Assembly (NCBI RefSeq): GCF_006345805.1
Contig: NW_021833042.1
Coordinates: 24,268 to 88,267 of the forward strand
DNA: 64,000 nt
Source: Octopus sinensis
Lineage: Eukaryota
Direction: 5' to 3'
Below the pieces are notes generated by a model. That model worked only from the letters and a program-made list of their open reading frames with translations, had not been told where the DNA came from and did not search any database. Of the stretch, positions 25,792 through 38,108 are shown piece by piece; within the stretch, counting starts at the first letter, position 1; every line of letters begins with the position of its first letter. A program made the position numbers and the translations under genes.

Positions 25792-26337
25792 ATAGGAGAA
25801 GGGAAGACATAGGAAAAAAATCGCCAACGGTACACACGAGGTCACATTATATATATATACCGTAAATCCTCGAGTATAGTCCGCCGTTGAGTATAATACG
25901 CAGGGGATTTTTCGGAGGCTGTACCTCTGAAAAACCTTAACCTTGTCAAGCCGTGGTGGGGAGACAAACACACAAAAACACATACATATATATTTGGATA
26001 CATACATACATACATACATACATACATACATACATACATACATACGTACATACGTACATGCAAACATGCATACATACATACATACATACATACATGCATA
26101 CGTACATGCATACATACATACATACATACATACATACATACATACATACATACATACATACATACATGCATACATACATACATACATACATACATACGTA
26201 CATACTTGTGTTGGCTAAAGTAGAAGTGACTGGGACTGAACACAGAAACATTTAGATGAGAAGCAAGCTTCTTGCTACAAAGGCACGCCTACGATTCCAT
26301 GTATTTTCATGTATTTTATATATAATGTGCACGCGCG

Positions 26338-26399
<62 letters not shown>

Positions 26400-26403
<4 letters not shown>

Positions 26404-27641
26404 TATGGGTAAATTATTGTAATCTGATAATTTCGCGCGTGCACATTGTTTGTTTTTAATTTTGTCAACTACAATGAATATAAGGGTCAGGTGGCACCCT
26501 CTGTGAGAAAAACAGCATCATGACGCAATCCCTCTGCCAAAAATTTGGGAACGACATGCTGTACTGCTAGGTATTCGCACCGGAAGCTCCAATACGGACA
26601 TATAAGAGTGTTTGGGTGTTAATCTGAGGACAGTACAGTGGATTCGAAAAGAGTTGAATGAATCTAATGGGGATTTCGAAGGTATGGCAGCTCGGAAAAC
26701 TCACTCTAATGCTTCTGGTAAGAGAATAACTCCTGAATTTGCTGGTGAGTTCCAGGCCATGATTCACAGCGATCTCTGCAAGTCAATCAGGTCCATTGCC
26801 AGGGACATAGGAATTCTTGAGTTTCTTATCAGGCAGATATTGCATGAAGACATTCGGTATTCCTCATACAAGATGAAAATGGGCCAATTTTTATCCCAAG
26901 CCATCAAGGACAATAGGAAAAATTGCGTTACGAAGCCTTTGAACAAACTGAAGTATCCCCTCCGACCGAACATGCATTGGTTTTCCGCAGAGGAGAAAAA
27001 TTTGTCAGGATCAGATGATGAAGACACAGAACAACTGTTTACTTGCCGTCTCTCCAAAGCATGTACCGAGAGTGGTAAAAATTAAACATCCAGTCAACAT
27101 CATGGTGTTTGGAGTGATCACTAGTGATGGTGACGTTATGCCTCCATTCATCTTCCCACACAGCCTGAGACTCAACACGGAGGCCTACATCAAATGTCCG
27201 GAGACGGTAGGGCTGCTCTGGATGAAAAGGGTGACTGGTGGAAGACCTTATGTCTGGCAACAAGACTCTGCACTATGCCACACAAGCAGGATAGACTATG
27301 CATGGCTGTCAGTCAATTTCTGCGACCACATCACCCTTAACATCTGGCCAAATAACTCCCCAGACTGCAACCCCTTTGAGTATTATGTGTGGGTTGCAGT
27401 TGAGCGAGTGACCAACAAAACTCCTTGTAACGCCAAAGATGAACTGAAGGCAAGGACTTTGGCAGATTTCACCAACTTAAACAGGAAGACCGCCCAGAAG
27501 AGTCGCATGAGATTCCGAAGTCGTCTGGAGGCTGTGGTTACAGCCAATGGCGATTTTATTAAAATGATTTTATTAAAATAAGGTGTCAGCGCTATTTTCA
27601 TTTTTGTGTAATTTAGACGACAGTTTATTTACCGCACCCTG
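26400..27641 (+). mobile_element. Degenerate Tc1/mariner transposon, DD37-spaced (maT-like)
   Basis: ORFs 26612-27085 and 27015-27581: IMVFGVITSDG, VWQQDSALCH, WPNNSPDCNPFEYYVW. Right TIR ends ..accgcaccctg|TA. Confidence 0.8.
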
Positions 27642-27727
<86 letters not shown>

Positions 27728-27729
<2 letters not shown>

Positions 27730-28437
27730 ATAGTTATCGCCATACTAATATGGCATTCTTATAAAAATAAGAAAAAAGCTGTCCGCTATTAGCTCCATGA
27801 GGCCATCGCCTTAAGTTAGCTATTTGATACACAAACTGTATCCATATAACCTTCGAACAAGGGAGGTCAGTCGCTCCACACTACTTGCATATTTGAGTTT
27901 GTTGGCACTGTTAGTTTCGAGCAGATCTTCAAAGCGATAACAAGCCGAAAGGGTATGCTCCCACTTTCAGTGTTTTCAAATCCAAACCAGGGAGTTCTGA
28001 GCTGATGATAGAAGTGTCGATTTTGACTAATCTTGAAACGTACGTTCTCAAATAACCTTTGCATTTGATTTTTTAATGTCTCTACCCCCATACTGTTCTC
28101 TTTTAGAGAGACTTAGTTATTTTAATATTTCTATTATTGAAAACAAGTGGATGTATTCCACCGAAACTAGGTAAATAAAACCATCGAACAGAGATTGTCG
28201 GAAGCGACACCTACTGGCTGGCTACGCTGCATTGAAAAGGGGCAATACCCCGAAACGCGTCTGTAGCTGCCGGTCAAGTAGTGTGGAGCGACTGACCTCC
28301 CTTGTTCGAAGGTTATATGGATACAGTTTGTGTATCAAATAGCTAATTTAAGGCGATGGCCTCATGGAGCTAATAAGCGGACAGCTTTTTTCTTATTTTT
28401 ATAAGAATGCCATATTAGTATGGCGATAACTATTATT
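27728..28437. repeat. About 160-bp inverted repeat pair enclosing a degenerate hammerhead-like motif
   Basis: 27728-27887 is the reverse complement of 28277-28437. Motif GCTACG..GGGGcaataCCCC GAAAC GC GTC TGTAGC at 28221-28267 has a disrupted CTGANGA. Confidence 0.75.
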
Positions 28438-28599
28438 TTCCGGGAACGCTGCCGCTGTTCTCTTTTAGAGAGACTTAGTTATTTTAATATTTCTATTATA
28501 TATATATATATATACAGTTTTCACGAGCAAAGTGTTCCGTTGATAGTATCAGCTGTGACCCTTGTCGTCGTAACCGATGATGTGTTCCTATATATATAT

Positions 28600-28878
28600 A
28601 TATGGAGCAGTTTGCTCGTGAAATTAACGTGCAAGTGACTGAGCAATCCACAGAGACGTGTACCCCTAACGTAGTTCTCAGGGAGATTCAGCGTGACAAA
28701 GAGTGTGACAAGGCCAGCCCTTTGAAATACAGGTGCAACTCATTTTTGCCAGCTGAATGGACTGGAGCAACGTGAAATAAAGTGTCTTGCTCAAGGACAC
28801 AATGCGTCGCCAGGAATTGAACTCACGACCTTACAATCGTGAACCGAATGCTTTAACCACTAAGTCACGCACCTTCAC
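28600..28878 (-). mobile_element. tRNA-derived SINE family C
   Basis: Minus strand: gacttagtggttaaagcattcgg..gagttcaattcc, then gtgtccttgagcaagacacttta. Confidence 0.75.
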
Positions 28879-30444
28879 TATATGTATATATATATATATA
28901 TATATATTTCACCGTTTCTCGTACTGTTAGCGTTCCGTATTTCAGTCGAGTGTGTTAGTATTTATGTGGTAACATCGTAGTTTCGTCTTGGTATATGTTT
29001 GGCTGAAGAAGGTAAAGCAAATATGGGTGAGAGACATATCTTGCAAAACCTGAAACCTGCAGGTACCACATTATCCATTTTCCGGGTGTTTCATCTTTCA
29101 GATGTTCTCCCTGGAGGTAAGACGGTTTTTTTTCTCTATTTTGTTGCACACACGCATTTTTACTAATACATACGCGGTGAAGCTACACATTAGCGTCGTA
29201 ATTTTACGTTCGCTATTTCCAGTAAATATCGGTACTTAGTTGTGCCATTTATTTACTAATTTGTATATATATATATATATATATATATATTACTGTTGAG
29301 TGTAGTGAAGAAGTCCATTATTGTTTCTTGCTGGTATCAAAAGGAACCTCTTTTTTTTACCTTGTGTTCCAATGGTAGCAACAGTAGTGATTGTTGGTCG
29401 TAGTAGTTGGTCGTAATTTTGGCTTCCTTGGTGGTGGTTGGGGTTAGTAGTAGAGGACTGTTGATCGTAGCAGCAATAGTGGTGGGTTCACTGGCACTGT
29501 TCACTGACGTCACATAATTCCAAACCAATCAAAACCAAACTTCAACGAATACAAGGAAAAGACCCTTAACTGTATCCTGTAAGGAAACCAACCAAGCAGA
29601 ACGACAAGCTTGACCACGGAAGAAAAACGTCATCAATTTTTTAACGAATCAAAATCAGATCTGCTCGCAGAAAAAAATTCTTTATATATATATATATATA
29701 TATACGAAAGAAGGCTTGAAAATGCAATTTAAAAGATGTTTATTTACTTAACCGGTTTCACTCTTTGGAAAAAGATTGTCAAAAGTAACATATGGAAGTT
29801 TGGTTGCGTTAATTATTGGTTGTTGCAAATTGCTACATTACATGTATATATACAGTCTTTGGTAACAGGGACATGTTAAGGACGTAAAAAAGTACAACAG
29901 TATGATGAGAATATAAAGAGGTTTAACAAGCTCATTGAAAAAATGGGCAGAAAAGATAAAAACAAATATATTATACATCTCAGGGTAATTTCCAGGAGGA
30001 ATTATAAAAAAAAGTTCAGTACAGAATATTATGAATTCAAAAAAATTTACATTAAGATTTACATTAATGAAGTGGCGAGGTTGTTTACTGACCTGTCCGT
30101 TTTAGCAGAAATGTGGAATTGAAAAAGATGTACCCGTTTTTTTCTTTTTTTGGCTCTCCTTCAAGCATCAATGATTTTGGGGTTAGGATGAGGTGAATAT
30201 GTGTGTCTCTGCGTGTATGTGTGCGTGCATACATATACATGTGGTGTGAATAGATGTGTCTGTGTGTCTGTAGTATTTGGTCAGATGGTGTCTGTTTGTC
30301 AAGTGTGTGTGGTTGTCATGGAGTTGTGTGTGCGTGTGTGTGCGCGTGTGTGTGTTTGTATGTGCGTGCGTGCGTGTGTACGCATGTATGAGTGTGGATG
30401 ACATTTGACATGGTGCTGCGTGTGTATATATGTGCATACAACTA

Positions 30445-31097
30445 TTCTGGACGGACTCCTCGTTTAAGTTAGTGAAATGCTGGCATAGTTCTTGCCTTCA
30501 TCTTCGGTACACCCCACACATAATACTCAAAGGGGTTGCAGTCTGGGGAGTTACTTGGCCAGATGTTAAGGGTGATGTGGTCGCAGAAATTGACTGACAG
30601 CCATGCATGGTCTATCCTGCTTGTGTGGCATAGTTCAGAGTCTTGTTGCCAGACATAATGTCTCCAGCAGCCACCTTTTTCATCCAGAGCAGCCCTTCCG
30701 TCTCCAGACATTTGATGTAGGCCTCCGTGTTGAGTTTGAGGCCATGTGGAAAGATGAATTGGGGCATAACGTCGCCATCACTAATGACCACTCCAAACAC
30801 CATGATGTTGAATGGATGTTTAATTTTTATCACACTCGGTACATGTCTTCAGATTGCACTGTCCTCAGATTGGCACCCAAACACTGAAATGTTCGTATTG
30901 AAGCTTCAGGCGTGAATGCCAAGCAGTACATGTTGTTTTCAAATTTCTGTGAGAGTGAATTGCGTCATGGCGCTATTTTTCTCACAGACGGTGCGCAACT
31001 GACCCTACTATACCGTGTAGCCGACAAAATCAAAAACAAACTATGCGCCTACGCGAAATTAGAAATATAAAATGGCGGCAACTTATCCTTCGCTCTC

Positions 31098-31100
<3 letters not shown>
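30445..31100 (-). mobile_element. Internally deleted second copy of the DD37 mariner-like element
   Basis: Shares the 5' region and WQQD..SPDCNPFEYYVW with 26400-27641. About 400 bp is deleted. Confidence 0.8.
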
Positions 31101-31145
<45 letters not shown>

Positions 31146-31146
<1 letters not shown>

Positions 31147-32760
31147 TAGCAGTAGAGCCTGGCGTTGCCCGAGATTAAGTTAGGATTATCAAGCTAATAA
31201 AGTATTTGTTTCAAACCAAACTAAGTTACACCGACGTTAAATTTGAGCGAGATCCATTGATATTGGTAAACGTTTGGCCGAAAATGGGTTGCAGACAACT
31301 TGATTGGGAAATCCCACAAGGAATCGGTTTATCGATTTTTCCACTCATCGATTGTTTTTTTTTTTTTTTTGGAGCACTTAAAGCATTCAAAAATCCCATG
31401 AGTCCTAAGTAACACCGGCATAGGTTTCAACAAAATACGTCAAAATTGGGAAAAGTTATAGTTGAAAATGGGGAGTAGCCAATTTTAGTGGGAAATCCTA
31501 TAAGGAATTGGTTTATCGCTTTTACATCCTGATTGAATGGAAAACCCTATAAGAATCAGTTTATTGATTTTTCACCCTAAATAGGACTTAACCGAACACA
31601 ACATTGCTGATTCAAAAAGAATCTCTATATTTATACTTTAAAGTTGGTTTTCACACCCAACCCAGTTCTGCAGAATCAGTGTCATGACGGGTACGCTTGG
31701 GCTGGGAGTGTGACCGGCAGAGGTGATCAGGTTTCACATGCCGGCCGTTTCGAAACTTCTCCCCCATCATCTAACCCTGGCCCATGGGTTGGGAACCCTT
31801 CCGGCAAGGAAAATAGAACGCCCAAAAGGGCTCTCGATCCTCTGTGTCAGAAGAGGTTATGTTCAGATCACAACTAAGCCTTAACCGAAGCCTAAACTAA
31901 ACTAACTAAAGTGGGCTCGGGAACCTCTAAAAGGCAGTGACTAATCCTAACTCCTCCTAGGGGTACTATCGTTCAAGGCTGCATCGAAGCTAAAGGTTGC
32001 CTCGTAGATCTGCATCGAAGATCTGCATTGGGGAAGGTTGCATCGAAGGTTTGTACTGGATAAGGATGGATCAATGGTTTGCATTAGAGATCTGCAGTTA
32101 AGAAGGTTGACTAAAAGATTTGGATTGGATAAGGTAGCATTAGAGATCTGAATTGGAGAAGGTTGATTCGAAGGCTTGCATTGGGGATTCGGATTGGAGT
32201 AGCTTAGGAAAACTTACCAACAGACTTAACAAAAAAATAAGGGGCCTGGCACTTCTAGCCTAACTCTATGAGCAACTTGGCCAAGCGCTGATATCAGCCA
32301 AGTGAGCATTGTTGTTGGAGAAGTCAGCATTGTACAGTAAAGAAGAGGAAGTGTCCATGAGTCATGTTTGCCGTCGTTTGAGAATATGTCCGACCAATGC
32401 TTCCGGCTTATAACCACATAGGCTACAATGATGACTTGTTCTTTCTACGTCTATAAAACTTCACTATAGACAACATTGCGTGTTCTGCCCTGAGGATCAT
32501 ACACAAAAAGAGCGTTTCTACTCCCCACACGAGAGCAGGCCACATGAAGTTGCCCATGTGAAAAGCACGGCTCTCCCAAATGGATGCCCGCTACCGAAAG
32601 TGTTTGGCCTTGGGATTTGTTGATGGACATGGCGAAGCATGGCCTCACCAGGAACTGCGATCTGCGGAAGTTAAACGGCATCCCGAGAGATAAAGGTGCA
32701 TCCTTGGAATGAAACATTTTCCCCGCTCCTGCACCCCGTAACAATGGTGGCTTCAATAAA
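31146..32760 (-). mobile_element. 3' part of a Helitron with a PIF1-like helicase C-terminus
   Basis: ORF 32451-32756 FAMSINKSQGQTL..FSHGQLHVACSRV. The 3' region ends in an imperfect hairpin and CTAG at 31149-31146. Confidence 0.85.
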
Positions 32761-33563
32761 GTGGGGCGTCAGGGACTTGTCTACCAAGCGGGTCCCGTTG
32801 CACTGTTTAGGCGGATAAAGCGTGTAGTCTTTATCCCATTTGAGTTTTATTGAATGGTTCTATAAAATTTTCTTAACAATAGGATATATTGTAAGTTTAC
32901 ACACACATACACACACACACACATACACACACAAACACATACACACACATACACACACATACACACATACACACACACACACACACCACACACACAAACA
33001 CACACTTGGTGTTACTGTTGTTGTGATGCGTGTAGTCTTTATTCCATTTGAGTAGTTGTTTTGAGTGAAAACGTGCCGTTTGAAGTATTCATCTCGTTGG
33101 ATGGTAGGTTTTCTTGAGTGGGGGATTAAAGCAGTGACTTATTTCTGGTATCATTATATCATTGAAGATTTTATGGCAGGAGATAAGTTTCAGTGAAGGC
33201 TAATCTTTGTTTTGAGTCACAGAGTTGTCAATGATCTATCAGCTGTTAAGGTACAGCGTTCGGTAAATTCCGTAAAAAAATTTTATTTGTTTTTTTGAAC
33301 TGGAAATGTACATTTAATTTGACGTTAGCATAAAGTGAAAAAGAGAGAAAATGACAGGGACATGTGTATATGTTGATGGTGGGATGTGAGATAGAAAGTG
33401 TGTGTGTGAGAGAGAGAGAAGGTGTGTGCTGATGTGTGTGTGTGTGTGTTTGTGAGGGAGAGAGGGAGAGTGACAGCGTACATTTTTTAAATTTATTTTC
33501 CCTCGCATCTTTTTGGAGTGAGTGATTAACTGAAAGAGAGAGAGTGAGAGAGAGAGAGAGAGT

Positions 33564-33594
<31 letters not shown>

Positions 33595-34549
33595 ATAGCG
33601 TAACACCCCTCTCTCTCACACACCAAAAAAAGATGCGAGAAAAAGCAAATAAAATTTATGGTATCTCTCTCTGTCTCTCTCTGTTTCTCTCTCTCTCTGT
33701 CTCACACACACAGTAACATACACTTTCTCTCTCATTCCGACAACACACATCACTCTCTTTGTCTCTCTCTCTCTGTCTCTCTCTCTCTCTCTCTCTGTCT
33801 TTCTCGCTCAGTCAATCACGCACACACTCAAGAAAGATGCGAGGAAGACAATTTTTTTTGCTTATAACAGGGGAAAACAAAAAAATAGATAGAATTATGG
33901 TTAGAGGATGAATAATTAGTATAGAGATCATGAGGGAAGAAGAAGAAGAAGAAGAAGAAGAAGAAGAAGAAGAAGAGAAGAAGAAGAAGAAGAAGAAGAA
34001 GAAGAAGAAGAAGAAGAAGAAGAAGAAGAAGAAGAAGAAGAAGAAGAAGAAAGGAAAAAGCAATATATAACAAGTCGGTGTATCTGGACTAAAGATTCTC
34101 AAAATGGTCAACGATTCCCAGAATACTTATAGGTAAAAGCAGAGAACTGGAGTTCAGAAAAGTGATTTAAAAATTTATAAACAATGTTATTTTTCAACGA
34201 ATATTGTTTGGGTGCATTGAAGATATGTAAAATAAAGAAAATATAGAATATATAGAAAAATAAATTTGAAATTTAAAATTTCAGTATGTCCAAGAGCACT
34301 AGTATAATTACAATATCGTGTCATATAATAAGTTGGTAAGATGCATAGATTGAAAATTAATACTTAGTAACGTTGATATAATAGCCCTATAAAGGAGACT
34401 GCAGTAAAATGGGTTTATAAAGTTTGAAGATTAAGAAAGATAAAGATTAAAATTTAGAATGAGCAGAAGCAAAACTTTATATTAAGTTTTGCAGTAAGTT
34501 GCTAATTTTAAATGATAAATTGAATGTGAGAAACTTTTCGGAACAAATG

Positions 34550-35170
34550 CCCGATATACAATCACCTAAGAAGGCCTTCATGTATGCCCTGCCACTTCTG
34601 TCGATAGACAAGCAAATCATGCAGAGTCCCTCTTGGAGCTACGAGCTGATAGTGATAAAGAATGTGATTCAGAGTAAAAGAGTCGCGTAGTCTGACACTT
34701 ATTAGAATAGTGCAAGATAAGAGTAAAATTTAGAATAGCTGGAGGAAGCATTCCAAGAGATTAGGAAGAACCATTTAAGAGCTTGGGGCATATATACGCT
34801 GGGACATTGTCAGATACGAGTCGTGGGATGCAGATCATGAAACAAGCCAGGAGTGGACTAACAGTTGGTTCGAAGCTACCAGGGAAGCAAACTAAGGTGC
34901 TTACATTTCGGCTTATATCCGCAACTTTCGTGGCCACTTTTAATATACGAGGTGGCATAACACGAGTCCAAATCATTGAGAAAAAGTGCAATGCATTCAT
35001 TAGAAAGTGGTTAGGCGTACGTCGGATATTGAACAGCTCAGCTTTTTATCGAAAAGAGGCTCAATGCAATTACCACTGGAGTCAGTAGTCGAAATTAATG
35101 TAGTAAGGAAGGTGTGAACGGTGATGATGCTAAGAGAATCGAAGGATGTAGAAATCAGGTAAAATCCACC
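34550..35170 (+). mobile_element. Hero/R2-like non-LTR RT fragment
   Basis: PKKAF..DKQIMQS, KSLGHIYAGTLSD..KLPGK..ITRVQIIEKKCNAFIRKWLG. Confidence 0.7.
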
Positions 35171-35436
35171 AGATTACTATACAAAGTAGTTAAAACTGAT
35201 GGAATAATTTCTGGAATATTGGAATAATTATATTTTTGGGAAAATGTTAATAGTTTCGTAAATTCATTTGGATTCATTTCCTTTTGGAAATTCATAAATT
35301 GTGTGAATAACTTTGTGTGACAGAGACGTATCAAAATGAAATTTAGCATTAATTTTCGACAATACATTAGGCATCCATGAAGTCATCAATATCAAAGCAA
35401 TCCGTGCGAATGCTGATAGATCAAAATCCTTTCGAT

Positions 35437-38079
35437 TTATATGTTATTGCAAGCAAAGAAAAAAGATACGATTAAAAATAATTTTACAATGGCTTTACCA
35501 ATCTCGTAACTCAAAGGAAAATACTCGTTAACGATTGCTTCAAACAATTTGGCATCAATGTATTCCTCTTCATATTTTAACTGAACTAATTTTGGTTTTA
35601 TAGTTTTGGTAAACATTATTGATTGAACTAGTATCCCTTTATAATGTTCCTGAATAGCGTTCATAACTGTAAAAGCGTGAACGAAAAACATGGCAATAAG
35701 CCATATACCACCGACAGTATCAGGTTTAGCAAGCATTGCAATAGCTATTGAAAATACATAAGTGCAAATGATTTGAAAACTCATAAGAAATACATAGCCT
35801 GAAGCAAATGCCCATAATATAAAAAACGGCAATGACGGCAATGATAAAATTTTATCAGGACACTTGGAAGGATATATATTTTTCTTCATTAGAGGTAAAA
35901 TATATTTTTTGAAATAACTTAATGGTAAAGTTAGAATCAAATATATGAATGGGATTCCGTAATAAACGAGGCGGAGAAGTAATTCACAGATAAAAAATAC
36001 AACAAATAAAATTGTAGCCAAAATAGGAAGCAAACATAATATAATTTTTATAAAAATATTACTCTTGCAGAAAATAGTCCACATTTTATGTATACGCGTA
36101 ATCCACTTAACAAATATAGATTTCCAGAAATATGGGTCGGCAGCAATGAAAACTTTAACTTTAATTATTGCAAGGAGTCGATCATAACCCTGAAGTGTAG
36201 AAAAAGAATCTTCTTTGAGTTTTGTATCTAATATACTTTCAGCGATAATCTCACTTAAATGACTGGGAAGAACAAACAGGATAAAGTTAAAAATTATGTA
36301 GCTGATTATCCCCAAAAAGGGACCCCAAACAAAACAATCTGAAAGTTCATAGCTTTTCTGGATTCCTAGAATGAAGGAGCGATAACCCAATGGAATGCGA
36401 TCATGTAAAAATATTGTCACCGTTTCATATAAAAATAAGTAATACATTAAAAGATCTAGAAGAATTACTGAGAGAGAAAGCAAAATAAGAATACCTCTTC
36501 TTAGTCTTGAAACAAACAAAGTCGAATAATGAAAACAAAACAACCAATATAAAAAATGAGAGAAACTGTAAATATTATGTTGTATACTAATCCATTCTGA
36601 TTTGTCTGGCAATGCGTATTTACATAGATATTCATTGTTAGGTAATTGTTGCTGGTGAGGTTCTAGGGAGTTTGGCGATGTGTCTTCATTTTGAGAATTT
36701 AATCTCTCGTTAGTTGACTGTTGCTGGTTAGGTTCTAGGGAATTCGGCGATGTGTCTTCATTTCGAGAATGCACTTCCTCGTTAATTGATGGTTGCTGGT
36801 TAGGTTCATTTGAATTTGGTGATGAGGGTAGAATTTCCAAATGCACTTCCTCGTTAGTTGATTGTTGATGGTTAGGTTCTAGGGAATTTGGTGATGAGGG
36901 TAGAATTTCCAAATGCACTTCCTCGTTAGTTGATTGTTGATGGTTAGGTTCTAGGGAATTTGGTGATGAGGGTAGAATTTCCAAATGCACTTCCTCGTTA
37001 GTTGATTGTTGATGGTTAGGTTCTAGGGAATTTGGTGATGAGGGTAGAATTTCCAAATGCACTTCCTCGTTAGTTGATTGTTGATGGTTAGGTTCTAGGG
37101 AATTTGGTGATGAGAGTAGAGTTTCCAAATGCACTTCCTCGTTACCTGATTGTTGCTGGTTAGGTTCATTTGAATTTGGTGATGAGGATAGAGTTTCCAA
37201 ATGCACTTCCTCGTTAGTTGATTGTTGCTGGTTAGGTTCATTTGAATTTGGTGATGAGGGTAGAATATCCAAATGCACCTCGTCGTAACCTGATTGTGGC
37301 TGGTTGCAGGAATACGGAGGTAATTTAGCTTTTGATATAAACCTGATAAACAATGGAAATATGGCCAACAGAACTGCTCCAACAACATTTGCACAATTGA
37401 CAAACATACTGTTTTCAATGGTATTTCCAGAACAAATGGATTTTGGTTCATAAGTAGTATTATCATTTTTATGTAGTTCACAACAATAATTCTTCAGTAT
37501 CTCACGATAAATACCCAATATTCTGTACGCTAATAACGTATAAGGACTGTTCTTCTGCATGTCGTGCGACAAATTTATAAAGAAACACATATATCCAGAT
37601 TCTCCCATCTGCGATTCATTGATAAATACGATTCTCTTTAATTCCTCGAAAATCGAATATATTACATCGTATCGCTGAACATTTTGTTTTCCACAATTCA
37701 TATCGATATCAATACTTGGAGTAGCAATGTAAGCGTCTAATATATTAAATGAGCGAATTGAAAAGTCAAAGAGGACATTTTTATACATTACTAAACCATC
37801 TGGTTTATCTGGAATCCATGTGAAACGTCTCGCATTTGCAAAATAATCTAGTGGCACAGGATTGAGAAGGCCATCAATTTTTTTATCAATTATATGGACT
37901 TCAAAATTGAAAACTTGTTTGCCTGATCTTACTAGACGAGTTAAATTTTTAATGACAGTGGGAGAAATTTCAGTTGTACAATTATTTCTGTGTTCTTTTG
38001 CATATGTGTTTAGTGATGTGAGAGAAATAATAAGGATGACTGATAAAAGAGGTGCTGTTACCATCTGCATGACAGCCAT
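35437..38079 (-). CDS. Orphan multi-pass membrane protein, paralog 2 (880 aa, repeat-expanded, C-terminally truncated as assembled)
   Basis: Colinear with paralog 1. Stops at CNNI*. The homologous tail continues in a shifted frame to a TGA at 35266-35264. Confidence 0.85.
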   Translation of the reverse strand: MAVMQMVTAPLLSVILIISLTSLNTYAKEHRNNCTTEISPTVIKNLTRLVRSGKQVFNFEVHIIDKKIDGLLNPVPLDYFANARRFTWIPDKPDGLVMYKNVLFDFSIRSFNILDAYIATPSIDIDMNCGKQNVQRYDVIYSIFEELKRIVFINESQMGESGYMCFFINLSHDMQKNSPYTLLAYRILGIYREILKNYCCELHKNDNTTYEPKSICSGNTIENSMFVNCANVVGAVLLAIFPLFIRFISKAKLPPYSCNQPQSGYDEVHLDILPSSPNSNEPNQQQSTNEEVHLETLSSSPNSNEPNQQQSGNEEVHLETLLSSPNSLEPNHQQSTNEEVHLEILPSSPNSLEPNHQQSTNEEVHLEILPSSPNSLEPNHQQSTNEEVHLEILPSSPNSLEPNHQQSTNEEVHLEILPSSPNSNEPNQQPSINEEVHSRNEDTSPNSLEPNQQQSTNERLNSQNEDTSPNSLEPHQQQLPNNEYLCKYALPDKSEWISIQHNIYSFSHFLYWLFCFHYSTLFVSRLRRGILILLSLSVILLDLLMYYLFLYETVTIFLHDRIPLGYRSFILGIQKSYELSDCFVWGPFLGIISYIIFNFILFVLPSHLSEIIAESILDTKLKEDSFSTLQGYDRLLAIIKVKVFIAADPYFWKSIFVKWITRIHKMWTIFCKSNIFIKIILCLLPILATILFVVFFICELLLRLVYYGIPFIYLILTLPLSYFKKYILPLMKKNIYPSKCPDKILSLPSLPFFILWAFASGYVFLMSFQIICTYVFSIAIAMLAKPDTVGGIWLIAMFFVHAFTVMNAIQEHYKGILVQSIMFTKTIKPKLVQLKYEEEYIDAKLFEAIVNEYFPLSYEIGKAIVKLFLIVSFFFACNNI
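36637..37284 (-). repeat. Nine in-frame 72-bp tandem repeats (EEVHLEILPSSPNSLEPNHQQSTN-type)
   Basis: Unit length counted directly (atgcacttcc recurs at 36841 and 36913). The central units are identical. Confidence 0.95.
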
Positions 38080-38089
38080 GTTTCGTTTT

Positions 38090-38108
38090 CTGTAATAAAG
38101 AAAAATTG
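38090..38108 (-). promoter_or_regulatory. Putative splice acceptor 10 nt before the ATG of paralog 2
   Basis: ttttttctttattacag|aaaacgaaacATG. Confidence 0.75.

Noticed and set aside
29735-29795. GAAACCGGTT motif as a hammerhead
   Set aside because: The CUGANGA half of the core is not recognisable.
32451-32756. Host PIF1 helicase gene
   Set aside because: Only the C-terminal motifs are present, with no exon structure, and they are linked to a Helitron hairpin-CTAG end.
36637-37284. Regular repeat as a possible CRISPR array
   Set aside because: Contiguous 72-bp units with no unique spacers, in frame inside a eukaryotic CDS, and no cas genes.
37095-37481. Overlapping alternative-frame ORFs (also 7989-8186 and 52491-52859)
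   Set aside because: Same-strand shadow frames of homologous CDS segments. Their recurrence follows from paralogy.
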